Source: Candidatus Latescibacterota bacterium
GTDB lineage: Bacteria > Latescibacterota > UBA2968 > GCA-2709665
Reading direction: 5' to 3'
Assembly: GCA_965203805.1 (NCBI GenBank)
Contig: OZ241917.1
Span: 544,001-608,000 of the forward strand
Length of the DNA stretch: 64,000 bases
The notes beneath the pieces were generated by a model. The model was not told the origin of the DNA. It made no database searches and was given only the letters and a program-made list of their open reading frames with translations. The translations under genes and the position numbers were made by a program. How positions within the stretch are numbered: the stretch's first letter is position 1; each line of letters opens with the position of its first letter. This document shows, in pieces, positions 58,840-64,000 of the stretch.

Positions 58840-59541
58840 TTGAAACTGACGTTGAGGGTTGCCGCCGTCCTGCTTTTCCTGGGGTCTCCCGCCTGGACCC
58901 GGGTTCCGAGTCCGACCGTATATGCAGTAGAAGACAGTCTATATGTCGCCGCGGATTCAGCGATCGTCCTCATGGCGCCCGAACTGCATGCTGCTGCGGC
59001 GGCAATGGAAGCGGGAGATTATGCAATGGCGTCAGCCGTACTCGAGGCGCTTACCCTGGCTGATACCGCCAACGCCGGCGCGCTGCGTATGCTCGCGAGC
59101 GCCTACCTGCGCCTGGAGGCCTATGCCTCGGCCGTTCCGGTTTGCGAACGGATTGCCGTACTGGATTCCACGGATGCGGGGGTCAGGGTGGCGCTGGGTT
59201 TCCTCCAGGGCAAGCTGGGAAACGCGGAACGTGCTCTGGATGCGTATCGCGAAGCGGTTGAGGTGGATGCCGAAACGGTACAGGCGTATCAGGGCATGGG
59301 ATGGATCCATCTGCAGCGGCGCGAACTTCAGGACGCCATGAATATGATCGCGAAGTCGACCGAACTGGCGCCGGAGTACGCCCCGAATTACGTGCTCATG
59401 GGGCGGGTTCTTACCTCGCAGGGTTTTTTCGAAAATGCCCGGCAGGCCTTTGAGACCGCATTCAGGCTCGACCCCGGACTACGTGAACAATATGGCATTC
59501 TGCTCCAGGAGCTTGTCTTGAGACACCGGCTTGATCAGTGA
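58840..59541 (+). CDS. Tetratricopeptide repeat protein, exported
   Basis: AGGAG RBS before TTG 58840; signal-like N-terminus; 4-5 TPR-like helical pairs (ALRMLASAY, AYQGMGWI, NYVLMGRV..AFRLDP). Confidence 0.82.
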   Translation: MKLTLRVAAVLLFLGSPAWTRVPSPTVYAVEDSLYVAADSAIVLMAPELHAAAAAMEAGDYAMASAVLEALTLADTANAGALRMLASAYLRLEAYASAVPVCERIAVLDSTDAGVRVALGFLQGKLGNAERALDAYREAVEVDAETVQAYQGMGWIHLQRRELQDAMNMIAKSTELAPEYAPNYVLMGRVLTSQGFFENARQAFETAFRLDPGLREQYGILLQELVLRHRLDQ

Positions 59542-59682
59542 CGGGTCCGGTAGCGGCAACACCGGATCCCCTGCGGACGGCATTCGCATCACGGTTGAAT
59601 CTGCTGCCGGAGTCGGTCAGAAATTCGTGCGCGGGGTGGATGATCGCGGTGGCGGGAAGAAACGGGGCAGGAGAACCCGGGG

Positions 59683-60444
59683 TTACTTGAGCGAAAAGCC
59701 GATGGGCATCACCATCCAGACCTTCCGCTTCTGGCCTTCGTGTTTACCGGGGCGGAAACGGAACTGGCGCGCGGCCGCGATGGCGTTGTGTCGAAAGACT
59801 TCGGGCCCGCTGAGCACCTCGGCCTTTTCCACGCGGCCTTTCTTATCCACAAGCACCCGAACCATAACCGTGCCTTCCTTCTTCGCCTTGTGGGCGGCGC
59901 GGGGATACTCGGGCGCAACGATACGAATGGGATGTGGTTTGTACTCGATGTCGAACTCGTCCATCGGAGCGTCGGACGGCGGCCCTTTTGCTATGGGACC
60001 CTTCAGGCGAAGGTCCAGGGGGAGCGCATCGAGATCCAGTTCGGTGGTTTCAATGGTGACGTCTTCGGGCACTTCCTCGCCTTCAACTTCGATCGGAACG
60101 CTCGGACGAGGCGGCGGCGGCGGCGGGCGGTGGGCCTGGGATGTCTCGGGAATCTGCGCCCATTGAACCACGTCGATCTGCGGTTCGTTCAACACCACGG
60201 TGGGAATATGCTCCGGGTAGAGGAGCACGGTGACGACCGTGAACAGAAATGACGCGCCCAGCGACTTGAGAAAGCGGGTCCGATAGTCGCGCTTCAGGTC
60301 CATCTCGGGGTCTTTCGAGCGAACCGAAACGCGAACGCCCGTCGGATGATCCTTCAGCAGGCGAACAAACCTTTCCTGGCGCTCACGAAATCGCGCCAGC
60401 TGGGCCAGGAGTGAATGACTGAAGCGATGGTGAACGATATTCAT
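59683..60444 (-). CDS. Energy transducer TonB family protein (true start may be downstream, near 60303)
   Basis: KDPEMDLKRDY plus TM, PPPPPPRP linker, PEYP..EGTVMVRVLVDKKG..FRPG TonB-C domain. Confidence 0.85.
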   Translation of the reverse strand: MNIVHHRFSHSLLAQLARFRERQERFVRLLKDHPTGVRVSVRSKDPEMDLKRDYRTRFLKSLGASFLFTVVTVLLYPEHIPTVVLNEPQIDVVQWAQIPETSQAHRPPPPPPRPSVPIEVEGEEVPEDVTIETTELDLDALPLDLRLKGPIAKGPPSDAPMDEFDIEYKPHPIRIVAPEYPRAAHKAKKEGTVMVRVLVDKKGRVEKAEVLSGPEVFRHNAIAAARQFRFRPGKHEGQKRKVWMVMPIGFSLK

Positions 60445-60542
60445 TGTTCAGTGTGATGAGGGTGTGTCGGGATTGTGAAGGTGCCGGCGCCGGGAACGGA
60501 CGCGCCCTTCGTTCCTGATGGCGCCTCGAATCAACCTGTAAA

Positions 60543-60717
60543 TTCGGGTCGGCGATCTAAGAAGACGGGCGGGTTCGTCCCTTTTCCACTTATACCCGCA
60601 AACCGGGAAAAGGTTCCGGGCCGACGGCTGCCCTCAGCCCGGCCCGGAAGATGCTGAGACGACATGAATCTCGCTCGTGAACCAAGGGTCCACGGCGCTT
60701 GCGTAGACGTCTCCGAA
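60543..60717 (+). ncRNA. ssrS: 6S RNA
   Basis: About 175-nt rod: TTCGG/CCGAA closing stem, GGGCGGGTTCGT/ATGAATCTCGCTC inner stem, terminal stem TTCCGGGCCG/CGGCCCGGAA, central bubble. CTGAGACGACA..TGAACCAAGGGTCCA resembles E. coli 6S (recalled as CTGCGACGACA..TGAACCAAGGGTTCA). G-U pairs favour the + strand. Confidence 0.82.
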
Positions 60718-60798
60718 GCCATAAATCACTAAGTTAGCCCAGACGTTTGAAATGTCAAGACCAAACTTGAAAACGGGTTCCTGATCGGTGAATAAGGT

Positions 60799-61125
60799 AT
60801 GAACGAAGGAACGGGCACACCCGTCCGCATCGACGTGCGGCGCGACGACGGGGAGATGGAAATCGAGTGGCGCGGCGGCCGCGTGGACCGCCTGCCGCTG
60901 TCCGGGCTGCGGCGCTGGTGCCCATGCGCGCTGTGTTCGGACCAGCGGGAGAGCCAGGCCCGCGATCAGGGTCTGCACATGTTGTCCGACCGGGAGCGCG
61001 AGGCGACGGCCGACGTGGTGGATGTGATTCCGGTGGGCCGGTACGCGATACAGATCAGGTGGGGAGACGGTCACGATACGGGGATCTACACATATGACTC
61101 CCTGCGAAAAATGGGCGAGGATTGA
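60799..61125 (+). CDS. DUF971 / GBBH-like N-terminal domain protein
   Basis: LRRWCPCALC, VGRYAIQIRWGDGHDTGIYTY. Confidence 0.92.
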   Translation: MNEGTGTPVRIDVRRDDGEMEIEWRGGRVDRLPLSGLRRWCPCALCSDQRESQARDQGLHMLSDREREATADVVDVIPVGRYAIQIRWGDGHDTGIYTYDSLRKMGED

Positions 61126-61242
61126 ACGCCGGGCACGTCGGCTCGCAAGCGGGAACAGGGATTGACGGACCGGGCAAAGCGTCGTCATATTTGAGGTGCG
61201 CAGAATCGAGTATCCGGGAAACTTCATATTCGGGAGAACGCC

Positions 61243-62166
61243 ATGGCAGAGTCCATTGAGAGTCGTCTGGTTGCAGACGTGACGAAAGAAACATCGTTGC
61301 CGCTACCCCGGCGTGTGCTGGGCAGAACCGGCGTACGGGTGCCGATCCTTGGCTACGGCTCGGCCCCCGGCGGGCTCGGGATGGACGACGAAGACGCCAT
61401 TTCTCTCTGTCACCGGGCCATCGACCTCGGCGTCACGCTCATCGATACCGCGCCGGGGTATGGTCGCGCGCATCTCCAACTGGGACAGGTCATGGCCAGC
61501 CGCAGGCGAGAAGTCTTCCTGGTCACGAAGACACCGGCCGACGACGCGGCCCAGGCGTTATCGATGTTGGAGAAGGGCCTGAGAGATCTTCAGACCGATC
61601 AGGTTGATCTGGTTTACGTGCATTCGATGGGCAATCGGGACGTGGACAGGGTCCTGGCCTCCGACGGCGCGCTCGAGGGACTGAGGGAAGCGCAGCGACG
61701 GGGATGGACCCGGTTCATCGGCGTGACGGCGCACAATGCGCCCTGGCGCACCGTCCGCGTATTGAAAGAAGCGGAAATCGACGTCGTGATGCTTGCCATG
61801 AACATTGCCGACCGATATACGTACAACTTTGAGAACGAGGTTCTGCCGCTCGCAATCGAACAGAATGTCGGTGTGGCTGCGATGAAAGTGTACGGTGGGG
61901 CGTTGGACATGAATTACGACAGGCCGGCGCCTTCGGCTCTCGCCGCGCATGGACCCCACGATCACGAAGCGGCGCTCCGGTACGCGCTGGGACTGCCCGG
62001 TGTCGGCACGGCGGTTGTGGGCGTGTTTACGGAGGACGAACTCGTACAGAACGTGGTGTGGGCGCGGCGAACCAAACCGCTGGATGGACCGGACGGCCTG
62101 GCCGCGGAGCGCACCGGACGGCAGGTTGCCGCCGACTGGGGGCCGCATTACGGCGCGGTGGAATAG
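61243..62166 (+). CDS. Aldo/keto reductase
   Basis: RVLGRTG, IDTAPGYG, LVTK, VYVH, AAMKVYGG; full D/Y/K/H tetrad. Confidence 0.92.
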   Translation: MAESIESRLVADVTKETSLPLPRRVLGRTGVRVPILGYGSAPGGLGMDDEDAISLCHRAIDLGVTLIDTAPGYGRAHLQLGQVMASRRREVFLVTKTPADDAAQALSMLEKGLRDLQTDQVDLVYVHSMGNRDVDRVLASDGALEGLREAQRRGWTRFIGVTAHNAPWRTVRVLKEAEIDVVMLAMNIADRYTYNFENEVLPLAIEQNVGVAAMKVYGGALDMNYDRPAPSALAAHGPHDHEAALRYALGLPGVGTAVVGVFTEDELVQNVVWARRTKPLDGPDGLAAERTGRQVAADWGPHYGAVE

Positions 62167-62182
62167 AAAGCGATCAGGTCAA

Positions 62183-63322
62183 ATGATCACAGACAGCCGT
62201 GCAGGCGTGCGATTTACACAACCGGCGGCCGGATGGCGGCGGGTTCTGCCCTGCGTATGGTCCGTCCTCGCCGGAGCCGCTCTGTTCGCGTGCGGGGTGG
62301 ACGAATCCGGCTCACCGCTGGGCACTGTGACGCCCCGGTCCTTCGGCGCGGTGGGGCCGTTGGTTCAGCCCAGGAGGGATCATACGGCCACCCGTCTGTC
62401 CGACGGCACCGTGTTGATTGCCGGGGGGATACACGTGGTCGCCGCCGGCGTGGAAGATCCGTTGACGAGCGCGGAGGTCTTCGATCCGGCCACGGGAAGG
62501 TTTCGGCAAACCGGCGGCATGCCCGAGGGACGCACCGGGCATGTGGCCGCCATGTTGAACGACGGCAAGGTGTTGATTGCGGGCGGCGGCCGGCAATCCA
62601 TGGTTCTGTACGATCCGGTGTCCGGCGCCTTCGTCGCCAGCGCGGCCGTCAGTAGAATCCAGCGCCCGAGGGCGGCGACGACGTTGCGGGACGGCAGGGT
62701 GCTGCTGGTGGGCGACCTGACCTTTGCCGCGGAGATCTACGATCCTGAAGAAGACGATATCGTAAAGATCGTCACCGTCGGTACGAGGCGGGTGCAACAG
62801 ACCGCGACGTTGCTCAGCAGCGGAGCGGTGCTCATCGCGGGAGGAGCGAGAGGGCTTGCCGAGCGGTTCGACCCGACAAACGACGCGTTTGCATCGCCGG
62901 GCAGCGGCAGCCTGCGGGTCGTCCGGTTCGGGCATACGGCGACGTTGCTGGCCGATGGACGCGTGCTGCTGGCAGGGGGCAGCGCGGAGATTGGCGGGGG
63001 CGTGTTCACGCCGGTGAGCAGCACCGAAATTTTCGATCCGGATTTCCCGTCGTTCCGCGCCGCGGGATCCATGCGAACGCCCAGGTTCGGGCATGCGGCC
63101 GCCAGGCTGAGGGATGGAAGCGTGCTCATCGTGGGTGGCGCACCGGCCGAAGCCGAACTTTTCAATCCCGGTACCGGGGCGTTCCAGTTTGTGGGTGGAG
63201 AGGCGGGCCGGGTCCGGAGCGGCGCTACCGCCACCCTGCTGAACGACGGCCGGGTGCTGGTGGCCGGGGGTGTGGACGAGGGTTTCCTGTATCTGGAGCA
63301 TGCACTGGTTTACAATCCCTGA
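62183..63322 (+). CDS. Kelch-repeat beta-propeller lipoprotein
   Basis: Lipobox LFAC; repeated R-x-x-H-T-A-T-x-L-x-D-G-x-V-L-I-A-G-G and E-x-F-D-P. Confidence 0.88.
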   Translation: MITDSRAGVRFTQPAAGWRRVLPCVWSVLAGAALFACGVDESGSPLGTVTPRSFGAVGPLVQPRRDHTATRLSDGTVLIAGGIHVVAAGVEDPLTSAEVFDPATGRFRQTGGMPEGRTGHVAAMLNDGKVLIAGGGRQSMVLYDPVSGAFVASAAVSRIQRPRAATTLRDGRVLLVGDLTFAAEIYDPEEDDIVKIVTVGTRRVQQTATLLSSGAVLIAGGARGLAERFDPTNDAFASPGSGSLRVVRFGHTATLLADGRVLLAGGSAEIGGGVFTPVSSTEIFDPDFPSFRAAGSMRTPRFGHAAARLRDGSVLIVGGAPAEAELFNPGTGAFQFVGGEAGRVRSGATATLLNDGRVLVAGGVDEGFLYLEHALVYNP

Positions 63323-63557
63323 CGTTCCCTGTCAATTATCGGCGGATGCGGCACGACCGGGGCTGAATCCCGCATGGGCGGCCTCTGTTTTTTTGCTCTA
63401 TCTTCGCACCCGGCATGCCTCCCGAGTCAGGGTTGACTTTCGGTCCACTGAGTGGTTTTCGCGGTCCGGAACTTCGAGGGACCGGCTGCGCTGAATCCCT
63501 CCCGCCGGAGCGGCTGTACCCGTCCGGTCGACTCTGTAAATGCAGGCTTAATTTGCC

Positions 63558-64000
63558 ATGAACCAGTCCGAAACCCACCACCCGACCGCGAGATCGGAAG
63601 ATTTGCCGATCGCGGCTGCGGAAAGCCTCCGTGGAACCGTTATCGCACTCTCGGTTGCCATGCTGGTCTTCGCGTGCATCGCTGCGACGTTTCTGGAATT
63701 CAGATCACGCTCGGCGCATATGGCCATGGCGAACCTGCCGCTGGCGGTCTTGTTGCCTTTCGTCGCATGGCTTCTGGTGAATGCCCTGTTAAAGCGGTTT
63801 GTTCCCTGGCTTTCCCTTACGTCGGCAGAGTTAAGGCTGGCCCTGAGCATGCTCTGGGTGGGCGGTTCATTTGCCGGGTATAACTGGATCACGCAGTGGG
63901 TGGGCGCCATGGCTGCGCCCAGGTATTACGCCTCTCCGGAAAACAGGTGGCAGGAGTTGATTTTCGACTATCTGCCGTGGTGGATGTTTCCATCGGATTT
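63558..64000 (+). CDS. DUF6785-like membrane protein, paralogue 3, 3'-truncated by the window edge
   Basis: Manual translation MNQSETHH...AHMAMANLP...APRYYASPENRWQELIFDYLPWWMFP, homologous to YYFATPENRW..YLP in paralogues 1 and 2. Confidence 0.8.
   Translation, partial: MNQSETHHPTARSEDLPIAAAESLRGTVIALSVAMLVFACIAATFLEFRSRSAHMAMANLPLAVLLPFVAWLLVNALLKRFVPWLSLTSAELRLALSMLWVGGSFAGYNWITQWVGAMAAPRYYASPENRWQELIFDYLPWWMFPSD

Overview
High-GC bacterial chromosomal window, mostly + strand, dense with catabolic genes. The gene content (three DUF6785-like membrane paralogues, many Gfo/Idh/MocA and amidohydrolase genes, heparinase II/III-like proteins, a secreted protein with a DFNGDG..DFSDF tail) suggests a Latescibacterota/Poribacteria-like diderm heterotroph; this is inference. 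In order: the end of a peptide/nickel-type ABC transporter operon; tRNA-Arg(ACG); glycan/amide catabolic genes; a GT2 + TonB/TolA-like + ExbB/ExbD + RND + RDD run; an FN3 lipoprotein; a sigma-54 activator with an Asp-to-Glu receiver; thrC; hpnCDE (squalene); cobO; a heparinase/ComA/M14-like/epimerase/DUF6785x2/dehydrogenase locus; PAC2; ltaE; a DUF1902 micro-ORF missed by the ORF track; an amidohydrolase cluster; a probable 6S RNA; TPR, TonB and Kelch genes. The most notable non-coding signals are two copies of a non-autonomous element that share one 139-bp end but have different opposite ends, each flanked by its own 4-bp duplication (IS1380/ISEcp1-like one-ended mobilisation is the hypothesis); purine-rich, T-free ~9-bp-period repeats; an unassigned rod-like RNA candidate beside a strong terminator; and a promoter pointing antisense through the 6S RNA. 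No CRISPR array, rRNA, integrase or transposase was seen. All family calls come from motif recognition, not database searches.
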